64,000 bases of DNA from Octopus bimaculoides. Lineage: Eukaryota. Below, one piece after another: positions 1 to 13,163 of this stretch; within the stretch, counting starts at the first letter, position 1; every line of letters starts with the position of its first letter. A program made the translations under genes and the position numbers. The notes under the pieces are model-generated. The model had not been told where the DNA came from, did not search any database, and saw only the letters and a list, made by a program, of their open reading frames with translations. The stretch covers positions 70,609,894 to 70,673,893 of the forward strand of contig NC_068988.1 in the NCBI RefSeq assembly GCF_001194135.2, in the 5' to 3' direction.

Positions 1-179
1 ATTTACAGGTTACATACCGAAACATTTCCTATTCTAGTTTGCATACCAGCCTTCCAAAACAGAAGCAAGTCACTTGCTGCCAATGTCTGTAACATCTGAG
101 TTTGAGCTTCCTACAATATTTAGGATGTCATAAAGTAATACAGCAAGTTTGGAGTCTGAAAAATCTGCTGCACTCGATT

Positions 180-760
180 AAGTATTTCTTGGTAAGCAAA
201 AACATGTTGTGCTCGATGGAATCCACCCAAGCCCAACAAAAGTTAACTGTAGCGGTCCACACAGATGTGTGCTGGGTCCAATACCGATATATAAATGACA
301 TCGCAGATAGAATAGCGATTTTCACAGAAGAGAGATTTTCGAAAGTTTATCAACAAAGACGGTCATATTTAGGACTTCAGATTCACGTAATGTAATGGAA
401 AAGAATAAAAAGTAATAGGGAATGGAAAATTGGTTCTCATGCATCTTGGAAAAGACGTGCTTCAAAACCTTATTCTCTCTTCTCCTGAAGTAGTGTTCCT
501 GGCATCCAACAATATGAGAGACCTAGGTGTAATTGCTAATAAGAACAGTTGGAACGCCCACATCAAAAACGAAGTTTATATAGCTTCCTGGCTGAGCTGC
601 TTCCAGCATGATAGCTACATATTATCGCTTTTTACTTCCCTTCCTTTATACATATGTAATACTCTTTATATTTCTGGTTTTTCCATACTCGGCCAAATAT
701 TTTGCGATTTGAAGCTCACCAAAAAGCAATGAATAGAATTAAACGACATTGACGGCCAAT
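180..760 (+). mobile_element. Decayed non-LTR retrotransposon RT fragment (CR1/L2-like)
   Basis: Frameshifted SG.P..VLGP / YINDI motifs at ~250-310, then MHLGK...MRDLGVIANKNSWNAHIK (ORF 430-732), matching the CR1-type post-RT pattern HLGK...DLGV...W..HI. Confidence 0.6.
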
Positions 761-1442
761 TTGTATTGGGACCGCCTCAAAACGCCCAGATTGTATTTTG
801 GACAATGCTAGTGTTAACATACGTCTACACAACGTGAATATATCACCACCATTGGCCAAACTTAAAATCAAGTATAAAAAATCGGCCAAAGTAGGGACCT
901 TGAATTAAATGAAAGAGGAAAATAACCCCAACAGTTCAACGCTAAGTTGAGGTGTTGATATAACCATTATGTTCCGGTGATCTAATTAGCTAACTTTCAT
1001 TATATACAATAAATTTTGAATAAAAAAATTGCATTGTATAATGCTGAACAGGCATATTAATGCAAACAAGTGCATATAATTTCTTGCATACTCAAACTAT
1101 CACTACATAAAAAAGACTGTGAAACGGACGTAATCATAAGGAAGTCACGTGGTTAAATATATATCATCCTCATGCGTCCTGACCTTATGACTTTATACTC
1201 ACAGAATGATTTTATCGCTCGGGTTTTCTGAGTTCTCTGTTACATGGATATTTTACATTACATTAATTTGTAATTAATTAGTATGTCAACTGATAACCTA
1301 GTCCATAATAGAAGCTTACTCTAAATGACGTAGCATTCTCGACTAAAGAACATAATTATTAAAATTTAAATAATAAGGATGATAAATTGGATATTAATTT
1401 AAGTAACACCAATTTAAAAAGCAAGTCCAATTTATTGATATA

Positions 1443-1813
1443 GGCGTAGAGTGGCTGTGTGGTAAGTAGCTTGCTTACCAACCGCATGGTTCCGGGTTCA
1501 GTCCCACTGCGTGGCACCTTGAGCAAGTGCCTTCTACTATAGCCTCGGGCCAACCAAAACCTTGTGAGTGGATTTGGTAGACGGAAACTGAAAGAAGCCC
1601 GTCGTATATATGTATATATATCTCTGTGTGGTTGTGTGTCTGTGTTTGTCCCCCCAACATCGCTTGACAACCGATGCTGGTGTGATTACGTCCGCGTGAC
1701 TTAGCGGTTCGACAAAAAAGACCGATAAAAGGAGAAGTTATGGGGTCAACTTGCTCGACTAAAGGCGGTGCTCCAGCATGGCCGCAGTCAAATGACTGAA
1801 ACAAGTTAAAGAG
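1443..1813 (+). mobile_element. tRNA-derived SINE, family A (CORE-like)
   Basis: A-box GTGGCTGTGTGG, B-box GGTTCAGTCCC, CORE-like CCTTGAGCAAGTG, internal (TA)/(TG) tract; other copies at ~6093, ~42619, ~44220, ~60770. Confidence 0.85.
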
Positions 1814-3294
1814 GAAAAGAGTATAGATTTTGCTGTGGAGAAATGCTTGTAGATATACTGTGGGAGCGAAGTAGAGTTCTGCAAATTAAACACGAGGGAA
1901 CTGGATCTCTTGCTAGGATTAACCTATGACTGTAATTACCGGGACAATCATGACTAAAATGGATTTCTGCCCCACCAGCTTCGAATGAGAAAGAGCACCC
2001 ACCATCACATCAGTAGGAAAGAAGAGCGCCACAGGTCGCTAGAGTTGCTAGATTATACAGTACTAGGATCCAAAGAACAGCACATGCAAAAGTAATTAAA
2101 ACCTGCTTCAACCTTTTTTTCTTTATCATATTGTATGTATCTATCTGAGGATTTTAAGGAATTTCCGAAAATATTCATGAGCATTATTTGTCCTCTTTTT
2201 AAGAAAGTAAAATGAATGCCTCTTTTCAATATTTCTATTAGTCATATACTAATAATTCTTTATACTTAATCATACTTCTTCCTTTCTTTTATCTTTTTTA
2301 TCCTCTTTACAAATATGCACTTTGTCTTTTCAAGGTTTCTCTATATCTTTTTCTTCTAAACTCTGTCTAGAATCTCTTCAAGATATTTTCCCCTACTGCC
2401 TACTTCACTGTTGCTTTTTCTTACTGAATCTTGCACAAACTCCATGCACGTAAAAAGATGCATACTCCTTTACACACGCGCGTATATATGTATGTGTGCG
2501 TGTGTGTATGTTACTTATATACATAATATTTATTTATTTATTTATTTATTTGTCCCCATCGCCAACAATACTACTATCGATCCCCCTCTTATATCGTTCT
2601 GTGGTCCTCGCTTCACCACTTACCGTCTTCATCTCTGTCATACACCACCTTCCTCTTTCCTCTGTAATCTCAATCATCATTGATACAAGCACTTCTACGT
2701 TGAAGTAGAATTCTGTTTTTATCACTCTTTATCTGTACCTAATTGACTATAAAACAGACATTAAGTAATTCCTGTCTTTTCATTTGATTAAACATTTATC
2801 TTCGGATTTTCGTTCTTTGCACAACTACTCTTGCTGTTAGTGATTTGCTTTCTTTCTCTATATACATTTTCTCTCAGCCTCACCACACATTTGTCTGTTT
2901 TCCCCCTTTCTCTCTCCCTCACCTCTCTCTTCTTATATATTTATATATGTACATATGTGTATGNNNNNNNNNNNNNNNNNNNNNNNNNNNNNNNNNNNNN
3001 NNNNNNNNNNNNNNNNNNNNNNNNNNNNNNNNNNNNNNNNNNNNNNNNNNNNNNNNNNNNNNNNNNNNNNNNNNNNNNNNNNNNNNNNNNNNNNNNNNNN
3101 NNNNTGTATGTATTTCCACGTCATTAGACTATAATTCAATTCAACAATTATCTAACGATTCATCATTCTGAATTTCATCTAATTTTGTTTCACTTAAAAA
3201 TATTTTTAGTTAAAAATAACTGGAGAAATGTGTATGATACTTGTAATATATGTGTTAGCAAATACGCAAAAATATATATATATAAATATATTTA

Positions 3295-4500
3295 GTCGGA
3301 AATAAAAATCCTGTCGTAGTTTTGATATTATCACTTAGAGGATGCTTTTTCAATATTTGTGATAAATTAAGCATTAACCTTTTACATTCCAATGTCTTCC
3401 CTTCTTCCTTTGCCGATTACCTTAAACCATAGTAGATAATTTCGTATTGATTTTACCCTTTTAAAATGAGATTAGAGTAGTCCCATATCAAGCACTATAA
3501 GCGGTATGAATTCAAAAATGGCTTAATAGATAAAGCAAGAATTATTCGTACTGTCTATGGAAATGAAGCTTTAACTCTCCGCACAAGCCAACAATGATAT
3601 TTTTCGTGGTTTCCCTCGGGAATTTTTCTCTCGTTGAGTCTTCTGGACTTAGACGAAAAAAATTCTGTCAATATTGATCTTCTGAAAATTGTAACCGAGA
3701 AAATTTCAAATCAAACTGCACGAAAATAGGGAAAGCAGTTGAATTCAGTTAAGGCTTCGGTTATGAAACAACTTCATGAACTAGGAACACTGTCTAAACT
3801 TGGTCAGTAAACCCCTCATCACCTGACTTGTTTTCATCTTAATCAAATTGTTGCCTTCTGTCTTTCATTGACGTAGATTTGTTACTAAACTTTATTTTCG
3901 TGGAATTATCACGTGATAAAAAATGATCTTTTTAATATCCAACTCAACAACGCACTAATCCCATAAAAGGAGGAGAGTCGATCCTGAAACCAAGACTCAA
4001 AATGAAAAATGTTATTCTCTGTTTTGTGATACATGAAGGGCGACGTCTATCATGAAATGGTAAAACAAAGTGAAATAGTCAAATGCGGAGAAATTTTATC
4101 AAATAGAAGCATTGCACAAAAAATTGCAGAAGAAACGCCAATCACTGGACAATCGTAAAAAAAAAAAAGCGTTGTTCTTACACAATAATACAAGACTGCA
4201 TGCTAGTCAAGTCACTCAGGAAAATATTATTGCACTAATATATGAGAGTTTTGCCCCATCCTTCCTACGTTTGGTGCTTCCCTCCATCTAACTATCAGCT
4301 TTTCAGATTCTTGCACCATTACTTTAAAGGATAACAGCTTATTTGTTGTAAAGAGATTATAAATGATACTGAGATTTTCTTTGCATCGAAACCTCAAGAA
4401 TTTTACGCCCAAGGTATAAACAATTTCCCAGATAAATGAGATTATATTATCAATATTGAGGGAAATATCGTAGTCCAATATATCAATTAATATTACTTAG
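3295..4500 (+). mobile_element. Heavily decayed mariner transposase remnant
   Basis: Remnants of N-terminal YEFKNG...VYGNEAL..RT, WVPH-like *TPHHLT at ~3810, and HPPYSPDLAPSDY-like PHPSY...PSNYQLF at ~4255-4300; TIRs not confirmed. Confidence 0.65.
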
Positions 4501-4539
4501 CCGATTAAAAACTAAACTGAAAAGGGAGATATCTGCAAC

Positions 4540-5170
4540 TGCCTCCAAGCTATTGTTATTACAATTGATCAATTACCAAATGATGTCAAGGCACTTATGA
4601 AAAGTTTCAAATATTTTCACATATACAGAGTTTGTGTGACACAACTAAAATAATTGTGTGAATTTGCAGATGTGGGATACATAAAGGTATTGCAATATGC
4701 TAATACGAGATCTTTGTCTATGCTAACAGCAGCTGAAAGAATTATTGACATATATGTGTCCGGAAATTTAATTTTTGTTCAAAAGAAAACTGCTTGAGAC
4801 TGATAAAAAAATTCTTTGAAGAAATGTATTTATGGTTTGAATATAAACAGCTTACTCTTTTCAACAAATCGACTATGGCCTTGGAAATAGAGAATTCTAG
4901 CGCAGAGATATAAAACTAGAAAAACAACATCTGATTGTAGACACAGAACAAATAAAAAAGCGGATTTGTACTTCAAAATACGAAGGCTTTACTGAGAAGA
5001 TTTAAAGAAAATTGTGTAAACTAAGAAAAAGTTAAGAAGGAACTGAAAAGTTTCTATGAAAGATGTCTCTGTGAAAAAAGAAATTTGATCTGGAAAAGAC
5101 TTAGAGCAGTTGAATTCTGGAGACATACCTTGGCCCAATGTTGAGCAGTCTGCAGTAAAGATGAATCGAG
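4540..5170 (+). mobile_element. Decayed hAT-like transposase fragment
   Basis: Reads KYFHIYRVCVTQLK*LCEFADVGYIKVLQYANTRSLSMLTAAERIIDI, resembling the hAT TRW(L)S region; contains stops. Confidence 0.55.
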
Positions 5171-5227
5171 GATTAGAAAACAAATAGTAAATATTAGAAA
5201 ACAAATAGTAAATATTGCTTTAGAATT

Positions 5228-5401
5228 TTAGCACAAGGCCAAGAATTTCAAAACTACTACTTAACTGGTACTTATTTTAGCGACACCAAAAGGATAAAAT
5301 ACAAAATCGGCTCTGGAAGCATTCGTACTCAGAAAGTAGACAGACGAAATGCTGCAAAGCATTTTCCCTAGCATGCTAACGATTCTAATAGCTCGCCGCC
5401 T
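5228..5401 (-). mobile_element. SINE family B, degenerate
   Basis: Reverse complement resembles the family B head GGCGGCGAGCT..AGAATCGTTAGC seen at 44481. Confidence 0.6.
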
Positions 5402-6092
5402 TAAAAGTAATAAATGTAATCAATTATTTGATGAAGGTGTTATTGGAAAGAGCTTTTGGATTGCTAAGGTAGAAGTTCGAGCAACACAGCATTTTAAGTA
5501 TAAAATGTTTCTTTTTTATTTTGTTCATTGCAAAAAAAAAAGATTAATAATAATTAAATAAACAAAAATAAACAAAACCATACAAGTGAAAAATATTAAT
5601 GCTGTTACAAAAAACATTCCAGTAAGTNNNNNNNNNNNNNNNNNNNNNNNNNNNNNNNNNNNNNNNNNNNNNNNNNNNNNNNNNNNNNNNNNNNNNNNNN
5701 NNNNNNNNNNNNNNNNNNNNNNNNNNNNNNNNNNNNNNNNNNNNNNNNNNNNNNNNNNNNNNNNNNNNNNNNNNNNNNNNNNNNNNNNNNNNNNNNNNNN
5801 NNNNNNNNNNNNNNNNNNNNNNNNNNNNNNNNNNNNNNNNNNNNNNNNNNNNNNNNNNNNNNNNNNNNNNNNNNNNNNNNNNNNNNNNNNNNNNNNNNNN
5901 NNNNNNNNNNNNNNNNNNNNNNNNNNNNNNNNNNNNNNNNNNNNNNNNNNNNNNNNNNNNNNNNNNNNNNNNNNNNNNNNNNNNNNNNNNNNNNNNNNNN
6001 NNNNNNNNNNNNNNNNNNNNNNNNNNNNNNNNNNNNNNNNNNNNNNNNNNNNNNNNNNNNNNNNNNNNNNNNNNNNNNNNNNNNNNNNNNNN

Positions 6093-6318
6093 TGTGTGTG
6101 TGTGTGTGTGTGTGTGTGTGTCTGTGTTTGTCCCCCCAACATCGCTTGACAACCGATGCTGGTGTGTTTACGTTCCTGTAACTTAACGGCTAGGCAAAAT
6201 AGACCGATAGAATCAGTACTAGGCATCCAAAGAATAAGTCCTAGGGTCGATTTGCTCGACTAAAGGCGGTGCTCCAGCGTGGCCACAGTCAAATGACTGA
6301 AACAAGTAAAAGAGTAAA
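6093..6318 (+). mobile_element. SINE family A, 3' part (head in gap)
   Basis: Closely matches 1630-1813 (TGTTTGTCCCCCCAACATCGCTTGACAACCGATG...GGCGGTGCTCCAGC). Confidence 0.8.
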
Positions 6319-6628
6319 GAGTAACAATAGAAACGTGATTCGTTTAATTAATTTGTTAGTGCTACCGCTCAATTTCGCAATATTTTACATGCATGTGCTG
6401 TCAAGAAAAGAATACATTGTACATCTGTTTGCTCGTCTTTCTATGTCCGTCACCTAGTATCCCAGCCTTCTAAGTGTCAATGACAAATCGTAAATCTTAC
6501 CAGCTCACAGGTATCAATTCATCACTTGCTAAGATTGGCTTTCATCTCAGAAGAGTATGTGTCATCATGTTATATTTGCAGTTAAAAATTATGTTAATAT
6601 ATTTGCAGTTAAGAATTATGTTAATATA

Positions 6629-7912
6629 CTAAGTGGTATCAAAATATTCTTGGACTAGTTCTGTAGCGTATCAACAGATAGCAGCACACGGCTGCGTGCA
6701 CAATGACAGCTTGAAGTGACCTTCATGAGTCAGTGTGTCTAGTGATATCGCTGAGTTTACACTCGCAAGTTATGAAATTTGTGTTTTTGTGATCACGTGT
6801 ATGCTGTGATCACGTGTATGCGATTTTGTCATAAAAAGGAAGACGGAAAAACAGTCAACATGAAATTTTGAGTTAAAGTTAAAAGGTATGTTACAAAGAC
6901 GTTGAGCATACTACGGCAAGCTTGCGGCGCTGAAGCTATGTTTCAAGTGGCACGGGCGCTTCAAATGCGTGTCCCTAGAGGACAATGAGCGATCTGGAAG
7001 ACTCGGTACGAGCGTCTCCTCTGGACATGGGGAGAAAATTCAGCATCTTGTGCATGAAAATCGTTGAAGAACAATTAATGATATTGCTGACGTTGTCGGT
7101 CTGTCATATGCGTCCGTGCAGGCATTCATAACTTCTGAATTGAACATTCAGCGTGTCTCTAAGTTTGTCCCCCACCTGCTCACCACTGAGCAGAAAGAAG
7201 AACATCGCGTCGAAGTCTATCGTGCCGCTGATGACAAATCCTTCATGTTGAGGGTCGTTTCCTATGATGAGAGTTGTGTTTACGGGTACAACCCTGGGAC
7301 ATGGCAGTAATCATCACAATGGAAGATTCCTTCATCTCCACGACTGAAGAACGCACAACAGAGCTGCAGCTCAATGAAGAGCATGATCATCAAATTTTTC
7401 GATATTCGCGGTATTGTGCATCGAGAATTCGTCCCCCAAGGCCAGGATGTCAATCGAGAGTTCTACTGCAGCGTTTTGAAGCGTTTGAGGGAGGACATTT
7501 GGCGAAAGCGACCGGATATATGCTGCAAGAATAACTGGATTCTTCACGACGACAATGCACGCTGTCACCATGTCCTCCTTCCTCGTGAGATTTTCGCCAA
7601 AAACAACATGGTATCGCTTCCGTACCTTTTCTATTCGCCAGATTCAACACTGCGGACTACTATCTCTTCCCCAAGATGAAAATGTAGCTCAAAGGTCACT
7701 GTTTTATCACCGTTGTCCAAATCCACAGAGAATCGCCGAAGATCCCCGAGTCGTTTACGAAAAATGGCTTCCAGACTGGATGACAATGACAGGAACGCTG
7801 GCCAGTGTATTGCTGCGCAGGGTGACTCTTTCAAAGATGTTATTAAATTTTAGGTGAATAAGTTATTTCTTATTAAAAATAACTAGTCCGGGGACATTTT
7901 GATACTACCTCG
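6629..7912 (+). mobile_element. Full-length decayed mariner with TIRs and TA target duplication
   Basis: Left TA|CTAAGTGGTATCAAAATATTCTTGGACTAGT matches the reverse complement of right ACTAGTCCGGGGACATTTTGATACTACCTCG|TA; ORF 7374-7679 FFDIRGIVHREFVPQGQDVNREFY...WILHDDNA; FVPHLLT motif. Confidence 0.9.
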
Positions 7913-9149
7913 TATTCGCAGTTAAGAATTATATTAATATATTTGCAGTTAAAATTCTTCCTAGTGAGGCAAGGATAACCGCTCTCATTAACACCTAAGC
8001 ATCTTGCGGTTCTTTGGGTTTGCATTATATTCCCATTGGTCCTCGTTTCAAATCCTGTCAGTACAGGTATCTTCTTGAAGTTTAGAATCACCTGTTAATG
8101 GTTAATTAGAATCAAATTTTCCATTGTATCTCAACTTTTTCAGCGCGGTAAGTTGTTTTTCGATAGTGATTTAACTGTTAAGTCCAGGAGTGTCAATGAT
8201 CCTGTAGATGTCCTATATTTTGCCGTGAAGTAGTACAGGTTTTCTTAGCGGCATGAAAAGATTTTACTAAATTTTTATCATTAATTGGGAATATGTATAT
8301 GACAGTTCACTCAAAGCTGCCCGGGTTCCTTTTTATCAGAATCGAGTTGACCATAGTGAAATATATCCTTTGCACATAAATTGAAATAATCTAATAATTA
8401 TTATCACATGACCAGAGCTTAAAGTGACGTGTTAGTGACGATGGAGACTGGGCTACTTTAGATAAAGATTGATCATATTCAGGAGCAGCAACTATTGAAA
8501 TAGTTTAATAGTCGTTTAAGGTAAAGCACCGATTTAAATAACACGAATGCCATGCTATTCTAATAAAGAAGTCTCGAGGAAAGTTGAATTGAAAAAGTTA
8601 TCCAGTTCTTCTCTTTATATCATTCGTGGACATTTTTTGTGATTAAAATTTTAAATAGTCGAGCGTCACTTACACAGAACAATCATAACTTTCTCAGAGA
8701 GTTGTCTGTTCATAAAAGTTGCTTTGCAAAATCAGGCCAATCTGCAGCCATCGCTAGCTTTGGAGGCGACAAACCAAAGTCAACTTCGATCTTCATTGAA
8801 GTCACTCCTCAAAAAAAGGTTTTGTGCTTTCTCTGGCTCGTTTTGTTGTTACTTCTAATTCCTTTTAATCTGCACTTTTCTGTTCCCTTCCTGTCCCTTT
8901 ATTGTCATGTATACACCTGACATGACAATCTGTATGACTAAGCTTGTGTGAGTACCAAGATCTATCTGACGTATGTCCTTTTAAGAAGGATAAAAGTGCA
9001 GTTCTTGCTTCTTAACAATGGAAATGAGGATGTGCTTAGTGCGTTTTGGATCAATTTCCCATCAGGGACTTCTTCCAAAATATAAGCATAAAGAATAAAA
9101 AGTAAAATTTTACTCAGGATGCTTCACACTGCATCTATATCTATATTTA

Positions 9150-9870
9150 TCAACAGCTCAAATTCAAAATGCTAAGTAGCTTCAGATATCTTAGCTACAC
9201 ATCTATAAATTCAGTGAAATAGATTTTGTGATGACTAAGCTTATCAACAGTCACTGGAAGAACAAGACGTAACACTCAACATCAAGTTTAAGGTTTATGA
9301 ATCTTCAACTCACAAATACCAGACAAATGAGAAAGTAAAACAAAACGATTATCGGGGAAGAAACATACTCTAAGTCCAAGACAAAACAATATTGATAGTA
9401 ACCATTAAGGTTGCCTATGTACTTGGGTATAGGTTTTATTCCTAAGGATCTGTTGTGCGGCTTATTTGAAAGGAGTTTGCGTTCAAATGACCAACACTAA
9501 CTGAAATGTGTGTAAAATGACCTCCATTTAGCAAACATTGGATTAAAGTCATAGAAAAACTTATGATGCAACTGTTTTTCTTGGAAATAAATGGCAAGTG
9601 CCGATGTAAAGTACGGAAGATGGACCTTAACTCTAGACCAAAAACAGTTGGAAGGCATCAGATTTACTTGGTAACTTGGTATTCTTCTTTGCTGACCATA
9701 ATAAGGACTGCCACTCCTGACGTTAATGTGCGATGTGCCAGAAAAATGAGAGATTAAAGAAGTGGAGGAGTGAAGTTTAAAAAAGAATAGAAGCAAAAGA
9801 AAAATTTTCCACCTTCTCACACGGAGGGAAACCGGTGAGAACGTGGACGATAGTATTTGATGATCTTATA
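9150..9870 (+). mobile_element. Decayed RTE-like LINE 3' fragment
   Basis: FRYLSY (FKYLG-like), VTLNIKFKVYES (ISL.TK.KVY-like) and terminal GKPVRTW..V..DL (GRP.RTW-like). Confidence 0.45.
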
Positions 9871-10923
9871 CGGCAAACATACATATATCACATAATCAAA
9901 ATTTTATTCAAAAGAATAAATATCAAATGACAAAATGTTAGTTACGGAACTTTCACCGGATTCAAACTCAAAAACACCAGACTACTGTACATATACCTGC
10001 GACGTTATTTCTGTATAGAGAAACNNNNNNNNNNNNNNNNNNNNNNNNNNNNNNNNNNNNNNNNNNNNNNNNNNNNNNNNNNNNNNNNNNNNNNNNNNNN
10101 NNNNNNNNNNNNNNNNNNNNNNNNNNNNNNNNNNNNNNNNNNNNNNNNNNNNNNNNNNNNNNNNNNNNNNNNNNNNNNNNNNNNNNNNNNNNNNNNNNNN
10201 NNNNNNNNNNNNNNNNNNNNNNNNNNNNNNNNNNNNNNNNNNNNNNNNNNNNNNNNNNNNNNNNNNNNNNNNNNNNNNNNNNNNNNNNNNNNNNNNNNNN
10301 NNNNNNNNNNNNNNNNNNNNNNNNNNNNNNNNNNNNNNNNNNNNNNNNNNNNNNNNNNNNNNNNNNNNNNNNNNNNNNNNNNNNNNNNNNNNNNNNNNNN
10401 NNNNNNNNNNNNNNNNNNNNNNAGCTATGTGCTGATTTCAGAAATTAAAAATTTTCGTTCAGAATCAATTAATTTAAAAGTTGAATCAAGAAAAGTGACT
10501 GTCAAGGTAGAAACACGGGAGAACATTTCATGTCTTAAATAAGAAAACAATATTTTAAAATCTTTTGTCAGATTTATTCCCTGAACCATTGCTTCAAAGT
10601 TCTTGCCAGATACAGAACAAAACATGCTTCAAACATATTTCTTCTTTCCTGTCATTTTCTATCCATGCCAAAACAACCCACAAATGAAAACTTTTCGTTG
10701 ATAATCGCTATAATTCCTTCATGAACATCTGTCAGCTTTGTCAAGTTAAGAAAGCACGTTTCTGACATTCAGGCCATGCTGGAGATTATATCCGGACCTC
10801 TGCAGGAATACAGTTGCCGAATGGTTCTTCACTTCGGTTCCATTGTTTGTCGTTTAGAGAATGTTGAAGGTTAATGAAGGCGATTATAGTGGTGAATGTT
10901 AGTTTTGACAGATGTTGTCAATT

Positions 10924-10924
<1 letters not shown>

Positions 10925-10978
<54 letters not shown>
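10925..10978. repeat. (TAA)n microsatellite
   Basis: Perfect TAA run seen directly. Confidence 0.95.
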
Positions 10979-10979
<1 letters not shown>

Positions 10980-11280
10980 GATTCCATTTATTTGCCACAA
11001 GGGCGAAAGTTGAGAGAGACAATACAAGGACAGACATAAAGTGCGGGGGGTTACATATAATGAGATGTTAAAACTGTTTTCTTTATTTTGTAAAGAAAGA
11101 AAGTATACACAGTATACACTGTAAAAAGAAGTGACATATGCATAGCATACAACGATTAAACAAAAAGTGGCGGGGAGGATGCCAGAGATGTGGCCCTCCT
11201 GATACAGGAAGACTTGTAGTGATAATCGAGGAACGCAACCATCATCGCCATCACTATCAACATAACCTGCAGAAGAAGAA

Positions 11281-11322
11281 AAACAACAACAACAACAACA
11301 ACGACGACGACGACGACGACAA
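11281..11322. repeat. Compound (AAC)n(GAC)n microsatellite
   Basis: Seen directly. Confidence 0.9.
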
Positions 11323-11551
11323 CATAACAACAGCTAAAGAGTAACATCAAAGGCAACTAAAATAGAGTTAAAAGTAGGAGACCAGTTCTAAAAGAGGTTA
11401 CTCCAAATATTCCGAAGAGCTGGTTTGAGAAGCTGGAGTGAATAGAAATACAACACTGAAGTACCAGATGTAAAGAAAATTAAAAATGCTTGACTTGATA
11501 TACGGAGGAAGAAATGTATCCACAATGAGGAAGCCTGTTTGATAGAAAAAG

Positions 11552-11939
11552 TGTTGTTGTTGGCACTCCGTCGCTTACGACGTCGAGGGTTCCAGTTGAT
11601 CTGATCAACGGAACAGCCTGCTCGGGAAATTAACGTGCAAGTGGCTGAGCACTCCACAGACACGTGTACCCTTAACATAGTTCTCAGAGATATTCAGCGT
11701 GACTCAGTGTGACAAGGTTGACCCTTTGAATTACGGGCACAACAGAAACAGAAAGTAAGAATGAGAGAAAGTTGTGGTGAAAGAGTACAGCAGGGTTCGC
11801 CACCATCCCCTGCCGGAGCCTCGTGGAGTTTTAGGTGTTTTCGCTCAATAAACACTCATAATGCCCGGTCTGGAAATCAAAACCGCGATCCTATGACCGT
11901 GAGTCCGCTGCCCTAACCACTGGGCCATTGCGCCTCCAC
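11552..11939 (-). mobile_element. tRNA-derived SINE, family C, full length
   Basis: Reverse complement starts GTGGAGGCGCAATGGCCCAGTGGTTAGGGCAGCGG (A-box) and ends in an (AAC)n tail; copies at 28222, 29862, 40090, 63035. Confidence 0.85.
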
Positions 11940-11999
11940 GATAGAAAAATTAGAGACTGAAGAAACAACAGAAAAAACCCCCAAAAAACAACACGCTTG

Positions 12000-13163
12000 A
12001 CGAAATCTCGTTGCTCCTACTTTGTCGAGCGGTTACTGGGTACGTGCGTAGAAGTAATCACTTCGCTACTGTTGTTGGATTTGTGAGTCTGTCTGCTGGT
12101 TTTACACTTCTGTGTTCATTGTTGCATTCTGTGAGTTTTGTTACTGTTCATGGGTGCATTGTTAGTAATACTTTTTGCATGGCTTTTGCGTTGTTTCTCG
12201 TTAAGGAGTTAGTGTTGCTTTCATATCTTATTGTTTTATCTTTCCGATCTTTTTCAAGTTCTTTTTGTGGTTCTACTTCATCAAAAGATCTGGTTATCAG
12301 GTAGAGAGCTCCGACTCCGACGGAGGCGAGGCACATCTTCATGTGTGTGCATGTGGTGATGCGTTTTGCTACATGTGAGAGGAGACGGAGAATGACTGAA
12401 TGAGAGAATGGTGAACTGGGGTATCCTCTGGGTGGTGATATTGTTTTTATTATTTCTAATATTGACAACTTACATATTGGTGTTTCTGCTGTTGCTATTG
12501 CCACAGTTGCTGGTACGATTATATCTGTTGCACCAGTCTGTTGTTGCCGCTGCTGTTTTTGTCACGTTGTTTTGTTGTTACTCCGCTCTTGGTGTTGCTA
12601 TTGTTGCTGTTGTTTCTACTGCTGCTTTTGTTGATGTGGCAGCCGTGGTTTCCGAGACAATAGAACACTTCTTTCTACTTTCTTGGCTTACTTTTGCGTA
12701 GACAGAAGCTTTTCAGATGGTCACTACTTCAACACAAATGGCGTCTAGGTTTTTCCGTCCACAATTACTTGCAACTTCAGCCCGTTCATCAAGGCAGATC
12801 AGGGAAATCTGAAATTCTTTAAAATCTTCAGGTTTTCTATGAAAAAGTATCTCCAATGTGGTTCCAAACCAGTTCTCCTATTTCCTTTTCACATCCAGCA
12901 GGATGTTGCAATCCTGCAACACGCCGCAGGGAAGGAGCCTCTAGATATCCAATCCTGGTCGGACACCCGTATTATTAGCCTAATAGTCTTTGTTTTCAAA
13001 TTGTGGGAACGGCGAGCACATGCTTGCATTTACCCGATCAGATCATAGATGACAAGCACCAACCTTTTTTAGCAGTTATGAGCCAAAAGTTGTGCACTAC
13101 AAAAGCTTTTTTGATAGTTTCTTACAACTCAGTTTCTTCGCCATTTGTATTATCAGTAGACAT
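12000..13163 (-). pseudogene. Decayed coding-like sequence, possibly a LINE ORF1 (gag-like)
   Basis: ATG at 13163 (MSTDNTNGEETEL*ETIKKAFVVHNF); frameshifted blocks IRLIIRVSDQDWISRGSFPAA, LQDCNILLDVK, QISLICLDERAEVASNCGRKN; then an N/S/T/Q-rich low-complexity tail. The family assignment is inference. Confidence 0.4.

Noticed and set aside
5525-6226. Long ORFs spanning N runs (also 31191-31828, 38268-39107, 57428-58278 and others)
   Set aside because: Artefacts of translating gaps; most gaps are flanked by microsatellites, consistent with assembly breaks.
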